DNA of 64,000 nt, taken from an uncultured Planctomycetales bacterium. Lineage in GTDB: Bacteria; Omnitrophota; Gorgyraeia; Zapsychrales; JAHFFX01. The number at the start of each line of letters is the position of its first letter. Position 1 is the first letter of the stretch. Shown piece by piece: positions 35,747 through 45,661 of this stretch. The position numbers were made by a program, and so were the translations under genes. The DNA lies in assembly GCA_964372915.1 (NCBI GenBank), contig CAYJRN010000005.1, positions 11,329-75,328 of the forward strand. Reading direction: 5' to 3'. The notes beneath the pieces are model-generated. The model had not been told where the DNA came from. It saw only the letters and a list, made by a program, of their open reading frames with translations, and searched no databases.

Positions 35747-35960
35747 CGTCAATGCCTAAATAGCTATCCCCTTCGTTTCACTCCGGGGATTAATTCCGTA
35801 CGCCCTTTTACTTTAAAATGTTTCAGAGGTAAAGGGCTACGTCATTAAAAAATCCTCTTTCAAAAAGACTTCCGTGCCTTTTTAAAAAGAGGACATCATT
35901 GCCCATCAGAAATTTTACAACCGAACAGAGTATAAAATCGCTTACAATAATTGTCAAGAT

Positions 35961-37208
35961 TTATTTTTGTAATTCATCCATCAGCATCACCGACTCGGCG
36001 ATGTCTTTCATCGAACGGCAGGAATCCATGCTCTTTTTGTGGATGAGCCTGTAGGCGGCCTCTTCCGAAAGACCGTTCATCCGCATCAGAATGCCTTTGG
36101 CGCGTTCGATGAGCTTACGCGTTTCCAAGGCCTCCTTGGCCTTCAAGGTCTCTTCCATGAGTTTGGTATTCTCGACGGCCACGGCCGCTTGGTTGGCCAC
36201 CATCTGCAAGGCATCAATTTCGTCTTGAGTAAAATGATGAGGATTTTTCGTGTAGACGTTGATGATCCCTATGACCTTTTCTTTAACAATCATTGGGACG
36301 GAAAGCATGGAGGTCAAATCTTCTCTGACCGCCAAGTCCCGATATCGATAACGTTCCTCCTTGCGGACATCATAAACGGTCATGGGTTTTCTTAACTTAA
36401 TCACTTCTCCGCTTAAGCTATTATTGACCTTGATGTTAGGCTTTTTCTTGTATTCTTCACTCAAACTTTGTGTCGCTTTGATGGCAAGTTCTTCTTTCTT
36501 TTCATCCAAGAGCATAATGGAACAAATTTTGGAATTCAGCATTTCCGCGGTCACAACCACAATGAGGTTTAAAATTTCATCCAGATACCGCTCTGAAGAA
36601 ATAGAGTGGCTGACCTTGATGAGGCTGTCGAACTGGGCGGCCTTTTTTTTGGTCTCGGCATAAAGCCGGGCGTTTTCGATAACACCGCCGATTTGTTTGG
36701 CGATCGTGTGAATCAAATTAACGGTACTGGCCGCGTATTCATGGGAATGCTTGTGCTGCACGTTGACAACGCCGATCGCCTTACCCTGATAATTGATGGG
36801 AACGGAAAGAAAGGCCTCGTAGCGGTCTTCCGGCAGCACGTCGAAACCTTTAAACCGCGGGTCTTTATAAGCGTTCTTCTTGATGGCCACGAGTTTATTT
36901 TCTTTGGCCACCCACCCCGTGATGCCCTCGCCGGCCTTTAAAATAATTTTGCCCAGCTCCTTCTTATGCGGCGTTTTCGAGGCCATCAAAACAAGGGTGT
37001 CCTTTTTCTCATCAAAAAGATAAACGAACACCGAATCGGCCGTCATCACATCCGTCACGATCTTGACAACCTCTTTTAAGATCCAGTCCAGATCCAATAC
37101 GGAACTGGTGATGTCGACGATCTTGCGCAAGAATTTAACTTCTTGGGATTGGCTGAGCTTCTGTCTTTTAGCGTTCGGATTCTGAAAAACGGCTTGAGAG
37201 TCTGTCAT
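35961..37208 (-). CDS. GAF-GAF-ANTAR RNA-binding antitermination regulator (NasR/NasT-like role)
   Basis: 415 aa; two GAF domains, C-terminal ANTAR helix bundle (...RAKGILMRMNGLSEEAAYRLIHKKSMDSCRSMKDIAESV); directly upstream of nirB leader. Confidence 0.75.
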   Translation of the reverse strand: MTDSQAVFQNPNAKRQKLSQSQEVKFLRKIVDITSSVLDLDWILKEVVKIVTDVMTADSVFVYLFDEKKDTLVLMASKTPHKKELGKIILKAGEGITGWVAKENKLVAIKKNAYKDPRFKGFDVLPEDRYEAFLSVPINYQGKAIGVVNVQHKHSHEYAASTVNLIHTIAKQIGGVIENARLYAETKKKAAQFDSLIKVSHSISSERYLDEILNLIVVVTAEMLNSKICSIMLLDEKKEELAIKATQSLSEEYKKKPNIKVNNSLSGEVIKLRKPMTVYDVRKEERYRYRDLAVREDLTSMLSVPMIVKEKVIGIINVYTKNPHHFTQDEIDALQMVANQAAVAVENTKLMEETLKAKEALETRKLIERAKGILMRMNGLSEEAAYRLIHKKSMDSCRSMKDIAESVMLMDELQK

Positions 37209-37209
37209 A

Positions 37210-38403
37210 TTAAGAAATCCTTTCGAGGGCCACCGCCACCGCTCCCCCGCCGCCTAAATAAATACAGGCCAGGCCTCTCTTCTTTTTTTGATCCTTAAGA
37301 GCGTTTAAGAGGGTGACAAAAATCCGCGCGCCGGCGGCTCCCAGCGGATGCCCGAGGGCCAGATCCCCTCCCCAGATATTCAGCTTTTCCTCGGGAATTT
37401 TCAATTCATTCCGGGTAATGATGACCGGGGCCGCGAAGGCCTCTGCCACTTCAAAAAGATCGATATCCTTAAGAGTCAGCCCCGCGTCTTTCAAACAAGT
37501 TTCAATGGCCGGGGTCGCCGCCATAAAAGTCTTGCGGGGTTCCACCGCGATGGACGCATAGCCTAAGATCCTGGCTTTGGGGGCGAGCTTGGTATTCTTC
37601 ACGTAATCCGCTGAGGCAACGCCCACGACCGCCGCCCCATCGGAAGGATGCGAAGAATTTCCGGCCGTCACGGTCCCTTGTTTTCCAAAAACCGCGGGAA
37701 GTTCTGACAGCTTTTCCAAATCGATATTCTTGCGGGGCCGTTCATCCACGGCGTACATTTGTCCCGTGTTAAGTTGAACCGGGACAATTTCTTCCTTGAG
37801 CTTGCCCGCGCCAATCGCCCGACAGACCTTCCTATGACTCTCTAAGGCAAACTGATCCTGGGCGTCTCTGGTCACACCAAATTTTTTAACAACATATTCG
37901 CACAATTCGCCCATGTGTTTCTCCGTCAACTGACAATACAAACCGTCGTACACCAAACTATCGACCATCATCGTCTCATCGCCGCTTTCTTCGCCTTTTT
38001 TAAAAACAATTTCCGGGGCCAGCGAGGCGCTTTCCGTACCACCCGCCAAACACAAATCCGCATCCAAAGAACGGATCGCCCGGGCAGACTGAATGAGCGC
38101 CGAAAGACCGCCGCCGCAGACATGATTCAGCGTATAAGCCGGAATGGAGGCCGGCAACCCGCCCAAGATGGCGGACTGCCGTGCCAAATTTTGTCCGGTG
38201 CCGGCGCAAACGGCATTGCCCAAAATAACTTCATCAACCCACTCTTCGGCGATGTTGTTTCGTTCAAGAAACTCCCGGATAAGAATGGCCGCGAGCGCGG
38301 CCGCGCTAAAATCCTTAAAACTCTTGTTGGGGCTTCCGATCGCGGTGCGCAGCCCATCGATGATGAAAACATCTTGAGCGGATTTCTTTTTTTCGCGAGT
38401 CAT
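37210..38403 (-). CDS. acetyl-CoA C-acetyltransferase (thiolase)
   Basis: 397 aa; thiolase N/C domains with active-site Cys (NHVCGGG) and C-terminal GGGAVAVAL motif. Confidence 0.88.
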   Translation of the reverse strand: MTREKKKSAQDVFIIDGLRTAIGSPNKSFKDFSAAALAAILIREFLERNNIAEEWVDEVILGNAVCAGTGQNLARQSAILGGLPASIPAYTLNHVCGGGLSALIQSARAIRSLDADLCLAGGTESASLAPEIVFKKGEESGDETMMVDSLVYDGLYCQLTEKHMGELCEYVVKKFGVTRDAQDQFALESHRKVCRAIGAGKLKEEIVPVQLNTGQMYAVDERPRKNIDLEKLSELPAVFGKQGTVTAGNSSHPSDGAAVVGVASADYVKNTKLAPKARILGYASIAVEPRKTFMAATPAIETCLKDAGLTLKDIDLFEVAEAFAAPVIITRNELKIPEEKLNIWGGDLALGHPLGAAGARIFVTLLNALKDQKKKRGLACIYLGGGGAVAVALERIS

Positions 38404-38462
38404 ATTGACAGTGTCCCAGACGCCCAGCGACCTTGGGGCCCCGGACGCTAGGTATCCTTTCG

Positions 38463-39560
38463 TTAAAGCTGCTTCAATAGCGTCTTTGTATCCACATACT
38501 TCTTAACCAGCCTCCCGGCCTCGGCAATTTTATCCTTATCGGTCTTTTCGATCTTGCAAACTAACGATTCGATTTTTCCCGCGACGGTATACGTGTCGTC
38601 CATAGAGGACAAGACCGGAATATTACTCTTCTTTAAAAGGTGAACGATCCGCCGGTCCGGCACCATGCCGCCGGTCAGAATAATCCCGGCGAGCCTGAAT
38701 TTCCTGGCCCGATGGATGAGGTGCGAACTGATGGTCACCAAAATATTGTCGATGCGATCGCCCGAGGTGATGACCAGCGTCCCGTCCTTAAGATACGTCA
38801 AAACGTTTTGCGGCTCCATGGCGGCAACAATCGTGTTCAAGACATGCGTGTTCAATTGACCCCGGCCGCACACCAGCTGCAAATCGAGCTCTCGCATAAT
38901 TTGTTGAACGGTCGGCGAGCTTAAGATGGGGTCAAGCGGAATCACGCCCAGCAATCGAATGCCTTTATTTTTTAAACCTTGAGCCAGGACCTTCTGAATA
39001 CGATCGTATTTCTCCGGCAGGACCTTGTTCACAATGACGCCCAGCACTTCGACTTTTTTAAGATCAAAGAGCGCTTTGTTGAGCATGATCTCATCGATAC
39101 TGCGCCCGATGCCTCCCTGCGAAATGATGATGACCTTGGAGCCTAAGAGGCTCGCCACATCCGCGTTGGAAAAATCAATGACGGAACCCACCCCCGCGTG
39201 GCCGGTTCCCTCGATGATCAAAGCGTCCTTGCCGCGGCTTAAACGCTCAAAAGATTTTTCAATTTTCCCACGCAAAATTCCCCGCCGCGGATTGAAAATG
39301 TATTTCTCGGTAAACCCGCGCTCCAAAGTGATGGGGCTCATTTCCTTGAAACGCGAATAACAGTGATAGACCTCGCCGATAAGATACGAATCCTTATCGA
39401 CGTGCTGGTTCTTGACCGTGACCACCCGCTGGCCAATGGGTTTCATGAAGGCGGCTTTATAATTCCGCTCTTTGAAAATTTTGTACAACCCTAAGGCAAT
39501 GGTGGTCTTGCCGGCATTCTGGTGAATAGAGGAAAGGAAGACGTTCTTAAATTTCTTCAT
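38463..39560 (-). CDS. DRTGG domain protein resembling the N-terminal regulatory domain of phosphotransacetylase
   Basis: AAA-like P-loop (HQNAGKTT) followed by a DRTGG-type motif (SGDRIDNIL). Likely start is MKKFKNV at 39560; the ORF track extends to 39620. Confidence 0.6.
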   Translation of the reverse strand: MKKFKNVFLSSIHQNAGKTTIALGLYKIFKERNYKAAFMKPIGQRVVTVKNQHVDKDSYLIGEVYHCYSRFKEMSPITLERGFTEKYIFNPRRGILRGKIEKSFERLSRGKDALIIEGTGHAGVGSVIDFSNADVASLLGSKVIIISQGGIGRSIDEIMLNKALFDLKKVEVLGVIVNKVLPEKYDRIQKVLAQGLKNKGIRLLGVIPLDPILSSPTVQQIMRELDLQLVCGRGQLNTHVLNTIVAAMEPQNVLTYLKDGTLVITSGDRIDNILVTISSHLIHRARKFRLAGIILTGGMVPDRRIVHLLKKSNIPVLSSMDDTYTVAGKIESLVCKIEKTDKDKIAEAGRLVKKYVDTKTLLKQL

Positions 39561-40461
39561 TGTTGAATTTTTCTTGAAGCCGCCGCGGGATCTCATCGGG
39601 AAAATCGACGACATCAACACCGGCTTCCTTCAAAACTTTCACCTTGCTCGCGGCGGTCGAATCTCCGGAAGAAATGATGGCCCCGGCGTGACCCATCCTT
39701 TTACCCGGCGGCGCAGTCTTGCCGGCGATGAAACCAATGATGGGCTTGGTGGCCTTGGCCTTGATGTATTCCGCCGCCGCTTGCTCATCGCCCCCGCCGA
39801 TCTCGCCTACCATCACAATCCCTCGGGTTTCCGGGTCTTTCATAAAAAGATCCAGAAGATCGGTAAATAACATTCCGATCACGGGGTCTCCGCCAAGCCC
39901 GACGCACGTGGACTGACCAATGCCATTCATGGTAAGATTATAAACCACTTCATAGGTGAGTGTCCCGCTCCTTGAGATCACGCCGATCTTACCGGGTCTA
40001 TGGATGTGCCCGGGCATGATACCGACCTTACTTTTGCCCGGAGAAATAAGCCCCGGGCAATTCGGTCCAATCAAACGGCTTTTGGTCCTTTTCAAGGCCG
40101 CCTTGACTTCAATCATGTCGAGGATCGGAACACCTTCAGTGATACAAACGATCAGTTCAATGCCCGCTTCCAGGTCTTCGATGAGCGCGTCCTTGGCAAA
40201 TTTTGCCGGAACGTAAATGACGGCCGTATTGGCCCGCGTTTCTTTTTTGGCATCCTTGACCGTGTTGAACACCGGAATCTCGTCGATAAATTGACCGCCC
40301 TTACCCGGCGTCACGCCAGCGACCACCTTCGTGCCGTATTCCTTCATTTTCTGGGCGTGGAAAGACCCGTCGCGGCCGGTGATGCCTTGGACGATGACTC
40401 GCGTGTTTTGGTCGATTAAAATACTCACTTGAACAACCTTTGTGTTATCGCTCGTGACCAA
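39547..40461 (-). CDS. sucD: succinyl-CoA synthetase alpha subunit
   Basis: CoA-binding plus ligase-CoA domains, SRSGTLTYE and phospho-His loop MGHAGAII; possible GTG start at VSILIDQ. Confidence 0.88.
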   Translation of the reverse strand: MVTSDNTKVVQVSILIDQNTRVIVQGITGRDGSFHAQKMKEYGTKVVAGVTPGKGGQFIDEIPVFNTVKDAKKETRANTAVIYVPAKFAKDALIEDLEAGIELIVCITEGVPILDMIEVKAALKRTKSRLIGPNCPGLISPGKSKVGIMPGHIHRPGKIGVISRSGTLTYEVVYNLTMNGIGQSTCVGLGGDPVIGMLFTDLLDLFMKDPETRGIVMVGEIGGGDEQAAAEYIKAKATKPIIGFIAGKTAPPGKRMGHAGAIISSGDSTAASKVKVLKEAGVDVVDFPDEIPRRLQEKFNNEEI

Positions 40462-40482
40462 TGTCCCGGGTCACGCTTCACT

Positions 40483-41613
40483 CTACGCCGCCAACCGGAT
40501 CGCCTCGCAAACGGCTTCACGCATCGTGGTAAACGTCGTCATGGTGTTGGCGCTCAAGAGTTCCCTGGCTTCTTGTTCATTGGTCCCCGTGAGTCGAACG
40601 ACGAGCGGGACCGGAATTTTCCATTGCCGACGGGCCTCTAGGATTCCTCTGGCAATGTCATCGCAACGGGTGATCCCGCCGAAGATATTAATAAGGACGG
40701 ACTTCACTTGCTTGTTACGCAAAATGATTTTGAGCGCGTTCAAAACTTTTTCCGGACTGGAACTGCCGCCCACATCCAAAAAATTGGCCGGATTCCCGCC
40801 TAAGAGCTTCACGATGTCCATCGTCGCCATCGCCAGGCCGGCGCCGTTGACAATGCATCCGACGTTGCCGTCCATCTTGACAAAGCTCAAATTCTTTTCC
40901 TTCGCCTCGATCTCATCGGGGTCTTCATACTTCATGTCTCTCAACGACTGGACATCCGGATGACGGAAAAGCGCATTATCATCGAGCTCCATCTTGGCGT
41001 CAAGAGCGCAAAATTTTCCGGAAAAGTCAATAATAAGCGGGTTGATCTCGGCCAACGTGCAATCGTATTGGAAAAAGACGCTCAAAAGGCTTTTGAAAAT
41101 CTTCCTGGCCGATTCCTGCAGGGCAACGTCGGAGAAAACCGCTTTGATAAATGCTGACCAATGGTCACTGTCCGACTCTTTTTTCCCCTGCATATAAAAC
41201 TTGTGAATTTTCCCCGGGCTTTTTTGGGCTGTTTCCTCGATATCCACTCCGCCTTCGGAGCTTGCGATCAACACAACATCATCGATAGTGTAATCGATCG
41301 TCACCGCCGCGTAATATTCCTTCTTAATCGGGGAGGCCCGCACCAAAAGGACTTTGTCGACGGAATAACCTTGGATGATGAGGTTCTTGACCTGAGGGAA
41401 AAACCCCTCGAGTTCTTTTAAATCTTTGGCGATTTTGACGCCGCCGGCTTTGCCGCGGCCACCGGTTAAAACCTGCGCCTTGATGACCAGAGGAAAGCCG
41501 ATCTGGGGGGCGACCGACTTTGCCTCTTCAAGGGTGGTCGCGATTTGGCCGTCAATAACCGGCAGGCCGCCTTTTTTAAAAAGTTCTTTGGCTTGATATT
41601 CGTGAAGTTTCAT
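40483..41613 (-). CDS. sucC: succinyl-CoA synthetase beta subunit
   Basis: 376 aa; ATP-grasp MKLHEYQAKELF...GGRGKAGGVK. Confidence 0.9.
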   Translation of the reverse strand: MKLHEYQAKELFKKGGLPVIDGQIATTLEEAKSVAPQIGFPLVIKAQVLTGGRGKAGGVKIAKDLKELEGFFPQVKNLIIQGYSVDKVLLVRASPIKKEYYAAVTIDYTIDDVVLIASSEGGVDIEETAQKSPGKIHKFYMQGKKESDSDHWSAFIKAVFSDVALQESARKIFKSLLSVFFQYDCTLAEINPLIIDFSGKFCALDAKMELDDNALFRHPDVQSLRDMKYEDPDEIEAKEKNLSFVKMDGNVGCIVNGAGLAMATMDIVKLLGGNPANFLDVGGSSSPEKVLNALKIILRNKQVKSVLINIFGGITRCDDIARGILEARRQWKIPVPLVVRLTGTNEQEARELLSANTMTTFTTMREAVCEAIRLAA

Positions 41614-41708
41614 ATTGACAGAAATCCTATCACGCGAGTTTATCTTTGTAAATACAATAAACCTTCTTTGTTATCCCGTGAGGTGGGATTTTTTTATGTC
41701 AGCAATCA

Positions 41709-43457
41709 CTACCCAAACGTAAAGGCATACACCAAATCTCCCTCATTCTGAAATTCCAAACGAAGGAGGTGCGACTCGACCTTACCTTTAAGATCGATCA
41801 GATGGTAAAGCCTTCCCTCATCGAGCAGAAGCCCTGCGTCTTTCACGTCTACCCCGGCGTTTGAGTCCTCCACGGGCTCACCGTCGACAAATAGCTTGAT
41901 GCGGTCATTCTTGGCCCGCGGCCCGATCACAAGAAACACTTTGTCCGCTCTAAAGCGGATCTCTAAGGCTGCTCCTTTTTGAGCGGCCGCGAATTCCCCG
42001 GAAATTTCCCAAGCCCCTTCGTAAGCGAAATGATCTTCCGGAATGACGGAGGGGTGGCTGAACGTTTGTTTTCCGCCGGCGACCCTCTCACGGGAGGCAA
42101 AGCGTTCCAGGCGGGCTTGTCCTAAATACGTTTCAGGAGTTCGAGAATAGCGCGGGGTGAGATCTTTCAAAAAATTCGAATTCCCATCAAGGATATTCCC
42201 GGCTTCTTCTAAAAGCTGTCGGATCGCCACCTCCATTTGATCATAATGCCCCTCGCCAAAATGGGTCCGGCGGATATGTCCTTGGGCATCGATCAGGTAT
42301 TCGGCCGGCCAATAATTATTTTGATAGGCCTGCCAGGTTCGATAATCGTTGTCTTGCGCCACCGGGTAACGGATCTTAAATTGCCCGATGGCATTTTGCA
42401 CATTCTTTGTTTCTTTTTCAAACGCGAACTCCGGCGTGTGAACGCCGATGACGACAAAGTTCTTATTTTTATATTTTTCATACCAGCCGGCCACGTGCGG
42501 CAGGGTCCTTACGCAATTAATACAACTGTACGTCCAGAAATCGATAAGAACGACCTTGCCTCGCAGCCGCGCCATCGAAAAAGGTTCCGAAGTGTTGAGC
42601 CATTGGCTAATCCCGATAAATTCCGGGGCCGCGCCTAGGTCGGGGAGACGTTGCGAATCTTCAAGAATTGCTTTGGGGGTCTCTTTTTCTTGGCGCAGAG
42701 CGCTGAGTTGCTTGCTCACCGTCTCATTATTCTCAATTGTGTTCAAAAAATTCCCGTAGGAAGGAAACACGCTGAGGATCTTAAGCTGGAGGACTTTGTC
42801 ATAATTCGTATAGATGAGCCCGGCGGCCACAATCATAATGAACCCGAAGATTTGTTGGATGCCTCCGGTATATAAGGAGAAGCGTCGCATTCGGCTAAAG
42901 CCCCATGACCCGGCCAAAGAAAAAACAAAAAGCGGAATTCCAAGGCCCAGAATATAAGCGAGCGTGACCATCACGACCTTCGTATTCACCGCTTGGGTGG
43001 CGGCAAGCGTTGCGATCGTCGCTAAAATCGGACCCGCGCAGGGAGCCCACACCAAACCAGCGGAGAATCCCGTCGCATACCCGGCCATAAACCCTGTTCC
43101 TTGCTTTTGGCCGCGGCCTTGAAAAGGACTTAAAATACGGTTGATGAAATTTTCGAATTCTGTTCCCAGCCGAGGAATCATCATTGACAAGCCTAATAAC
43201 CCGATCATGATGACCGCGAGCAAGCGAAACGTATTCGCATTGATGTGAAGAGTCTTTTCAAGGGTGGAAATGGACAACGTAAAAATGGTAAAGCTTGTCA
43301 TGATCCCAAGCGTGATTCCAAAAGGCCTGCGCTTACCACCGCCTAAAGAGGCCGAAAGGACAATCGGCAACAGCGGCCAAATACACGGCGCCAAAATTGT
43401 CACAAAACCGGCGAGAAAGGAAAACACAAGCAAGATCATCATGAGGCGCCCTCCCAT
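41709..43457 (-). CDS. dipZ: DipZ-like thiol-disulfide protein (CcdA/DsbD membrane domain fused to TlpA-like thioredoxin domain and C-terminal domain)
   Basis: 582 aa; CcdA-type TM core with Cys pair, periplasmic thioredoxin fold with WTYSCINC (CxxC). Confidence 0.75.
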   Translation of the reverse strand: MGGRLMMILLVFSFLAGFVTILAPCIWPLLPIVLSASLGGGKRRPFGITLGIMTSFTIFTLSISTLEKTLHINANTFRLLAVIMIGLLGLSMMIPRLGTEFENFINRILSPFQGRGQKQGTGFMAGYATGFSAGLVWAPCAGPILATIATLAATQAVNTKVVMVTLAYILGLGIPLFVFSLAGSWGFSRMRRFSLYTGGIQQIFGFIMIVAAGLIYTNYDKVLQLKILSVFPSYGNFLNTIENNETVSKQLSALRQEKETPKAILEDSQRLPDLGAAPEFIGISQWLNTSEPFSMARLRGKVVLIDFWTYSCINCVRTLPHVAGWYEKYKNKNFVVIGVHTPEFAFEKETKNVQNAIGQFKIRYPVAQDNDYRTWQAYQNNYWPAEYLIDAQGHIRRTHFGEGHYDQMEVAIRQLLEEAGNILDGNSNFLKDLTPRYSRTPETYLGQARLERFASRERVAGGKQTFSHPSVIPEDHFAYEGAWEISGEFAAAQKGAALEIRFRADKVFLVIGPRAKNDRIKLFVDGEPVEDSNAGVDVKDAGLLLDEGRLYHLIDLKGKVESHLLRLEFQNEGDLVYAFTFG

Positions 43458-44332
43458 GAATTGTATTTCATAATCACCGGATTAAACGCCTTCGAAGCCA
43501 CGATGACCTTTGAGCCGACACAGAGATCCTGGATCTCTTCATCCGTCGCCACGACCTTCACAAAGTTGTTGCCCACAAGGATCGTCAGGATATTGACGCT
43601 TTGATCTTTATGGATTTCAACGATTTCCCCGGGAAACTTAAATTTGCCGCTTAAGCGGCTCCCGGCGAAGATCTCCCGCGGGATTCCGGTCTTGACGATT
43701 TTCCCGTCGGCCAGAACGAAAACTCTATTGGCCAGCTTAAAAACCTCGCCAAAGTCATGGCTCACAAAAATGGTGGTGATGCCGCTGGTACGATAAAGAC
43801 GAATCATCTCATCCTGTAAATGCAGCCTCATGTCCATATCCAGCGCCGCCAAGGGCTCGTCTAGAAGATAAACGCGCGGCTCCCTCAACAAAGCCCTGAC
43901 CAAGGCGACTCTTTGCTTCTGCCCGCCGGATAACTGATCCGGGTGTCGGTCTTCCAATTCTTTCAAACGCACAATTTTTAACAACGCGTCGATACGCCCA
44001 CTTTTTCTTTTATCTTCGAGCGCATATTCCAAATTCTCTCGCACCGTCAGGTTGGGAAACAACGCGTATTCCTGAAAAACAACGCCCGTCCTTCTTTTCC
44101 TGGCCGGGACATTGATTCTCTGGGCACTGTCAAACCACACCTCGCTATCGACCGTGATGACTCCCTCGTCGGGGTCCGTGAGCCCGGCGATCATCCGCAA
44201 GGTCGTTGTCTTGCCGGCGCCGGATTGACCGAATAACGTCACAAACTCACCTTCTTTAACCTCAAAGTCCACCCGCAAATCTAAAGGACCTTGAGCGGTC
44301 ATCAGTTTTTTAACCAGATTGACTCGGATCAT
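43439..44332 (-). CDS. modC: molybdate ABC transporter ATP-binding protein with C-terminal TOBE/MOP domain
   Basis: Walker A GQSGAGKTT, LSGGQKQR signature, C-terminal TOBE. Start set at MIRV (44332); the longer ORF-track N-terminus runs into a palindromic repeat. Confidence 0.82.
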   Translation of the reverse strand: MIRVNLVKKLMTAQGPLDLRVDFEVKEGEFVTLFGQSGAGKTTTLRMIAGLTDPDEGVITVDSEVWFDSAQRINVPARKRRTGVVFQEYALFPNLTVRENLEYALEDKRKSGRIDALLKIVRLKELEDRHPDQLSGGQKQRVALVRALLREPRVYLLDEPLAALDMDMRLHLQDEMIRLYRTSGITTIFVSHDFGEVFKLANRVFVLADGKIVKTGIPREIFAGSRLSGKFKFPGEIVEIHKDQSVNILTILVGNNFVKVVATDEEIQDLCVGSKVIVASKAFNPVIMKYNSWEGAS

Positions 44333-44351
44333 CGGAACAAACTCCTCAAGC

Positions 44352-44595
44352 GTGCCATTGGGGACCTTTCCAAGGCGAGTTCCCTGCCTGCCGGCAGGCA
44401 GGCGCAGCCGTCCCGCTGCATTTTTTGGACCTTTCGCGATGGCTTGTTTGCTCACCGAACCCTGTCCCGCCTTTTCTATATGGAAGGTAGGCGGGGCTGG
44501 GTTCGAAGTTCGCTTGACAAGCCATCGCGAAGGTCCTACTAGAGAAGCGGGACGTGCGAGGACTGTTTGAGCGACGAAAGGTCCCCAATGGCACG
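44352..44595. mobile_element. MITE-like 244-bp nested imperfect palindrome filling the modB-modC spacer
   Basis: Perfect 19-bp terminal inverted repeats GTGCCATTGGGGACCTTTC / GAAAGGTCCCCAATGGCAC. Internal 20-bp perfect palindrome CCTGCCTGCCGGCAGGCAGG and an inner IR pair GGACCTTTCGCGATGGCTTGT / ACAAGCCATCGCGAAGGTCC. Confidence 0.65.
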
Positions 44596-44597
44596 CC

Positions 44598-45272
44598 TCA
44601 TAAAAATCCCCTCGCGGATTTTCTGTTAAACCAGTAAAGCCCGAATAAAATACAGAAAGAAATTACGAACATCACGGCAGAATAAAAATTAGCAGTTTGG
44701 TAGTTGAGCGCTTCCACTTCGCTAAAGATCGCGATGGAGGCGACCCGCGTCGCGCCCGGGATATTCCCGCCGATCATCAAGACAACGCCGAATTCTCCAA
44801 TCGTATGGGCAAAACTCATGACGACTCCGGTCAATAAGGAATGTTTGATATTGGGGATCAGGACCCTCGAAAGTGTCTCGACCCGCGATTTACCCAAGGT
44901 TTCGGAAGCGTCGATCCAGGCTTGCGGCAGGCTTTGAAAACCCGTCTTGACGGGATTGACCATAAACGGCAGACTGAACAGAACCGATCCGACGACAAGT
45001 CCAAAAAAGGAAAACACCATTTGAACATTAAACGCGGTATCGAAGAATCTCCCCAGGAAGGATTTGGGGCCCATGGCGACCAAAATGTAAAACCCCAAAA
45101 CCGTGGGCGGTAAAACCAGCGGCATGCTCACCAGCGCCTCCAGCAGATACTTGAAACGGCTTTTTGTAAAGGCCAGCCAATACGAAAGAGGAATGCCGAT
45201 GACGACAAGAATGGCGGTGGTAACAACGGCCAGCTTAAACGTTAAAATCAGCGGAGTTAAATCGTAGACCAT
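44598..45272 (-). CDS. modB: molybdate ABC transporter permease
   Basis: 224 aa; ABC TMD with EAA-like loop; context modA-mop-modB-modC. Confidence 0.88.
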   Translation of the reverse strand: MVYDLTPLILTFKLAVVTTAILVVIGIPLSYWLAFTKSRFKYLLEALVSMPLVLPPTVLGFYILVAMGPKSFLGRFFDTAFNVQMVFSFFGLVVGSVLFSLPFMVNPVKTGFQSLPQAWIDASETLGKSRVETLSRVLIPNIKHSLLTGVVMSFAHTIGEFGVVLMIGGNIPGATRVASIAIFSEVEALNYQTANFYSAVMFVISFCILFGLYWFNRKSARGFL

Positions 45273-45661
45273 AACGAGATTTCGTTGGTTTTAACCAGCC
45301 ACTCCACGTCTTCATCTTTTTTTAATTCCAGGCGGTTGGCGGATTTGGTGGAAATAATCGCGGTGATCTCTCTTCCCTTATAATCCAAAATCACCGTCGT
45401 CAAAATTTCACGCTTTTCGATTTTCTTAACGGAGGATTGGGCGCGATTTCTAATACTGATCCGCCCGGAGAGATTTTTGGCGATGGAGACTTCCGTTTCT
45501 TTAAACAGAAGAGTTACGCGGGCGCCTATTTTCAAATAGGCGGCGGTTGTTGGCGTTTCCAAAACAATCGAGCTAAAAATATCTCCTTTAACGTCGACCT
45601 CAACGATGGACATCTGTTCGGAAGACTCAATGTTAACGATGGTCCCTTGCAATTTGTTCAC
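45257..45661 (-). CDS. mop: molybdopterin/molybdate-binding Mop protein (tandem TOBE domains)
   Basis: 134 aa; two TOBE repeats. Confidence 0.7.
   Translation of the reverse strand: MNKLQGTIVNIESSEQMSIVEVDVKGDIFSSIVLETPTTAAYLKIGARVTLLFKETEVSIAKNLSGRISIRNRAQSSVKKIEKREILTTVILDYKGREITAIISTKSANRLELKKDEDVEWLVKTNEISLWSTI

Noticed and set aside
35750-35830. Explicit ANTAR dual-hexaloop binding site in the nirB leader
   Set aside because: Only one weak candidate hexaloop hairpin (GGC-AUUGAC-GCC) was found and the partner hairpin is unclear, so I report only the terminator and the regulator.
44291-44594. Three overlapping about 83-aa ORFs on both strands between modB and modC
   Set aside because: They are mirror images generated by the 244-bp palindromic element (they share FAMAC... 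peptides read from each arm). I treat the region as a non-coding repeat and start modC at MIRV (44332).
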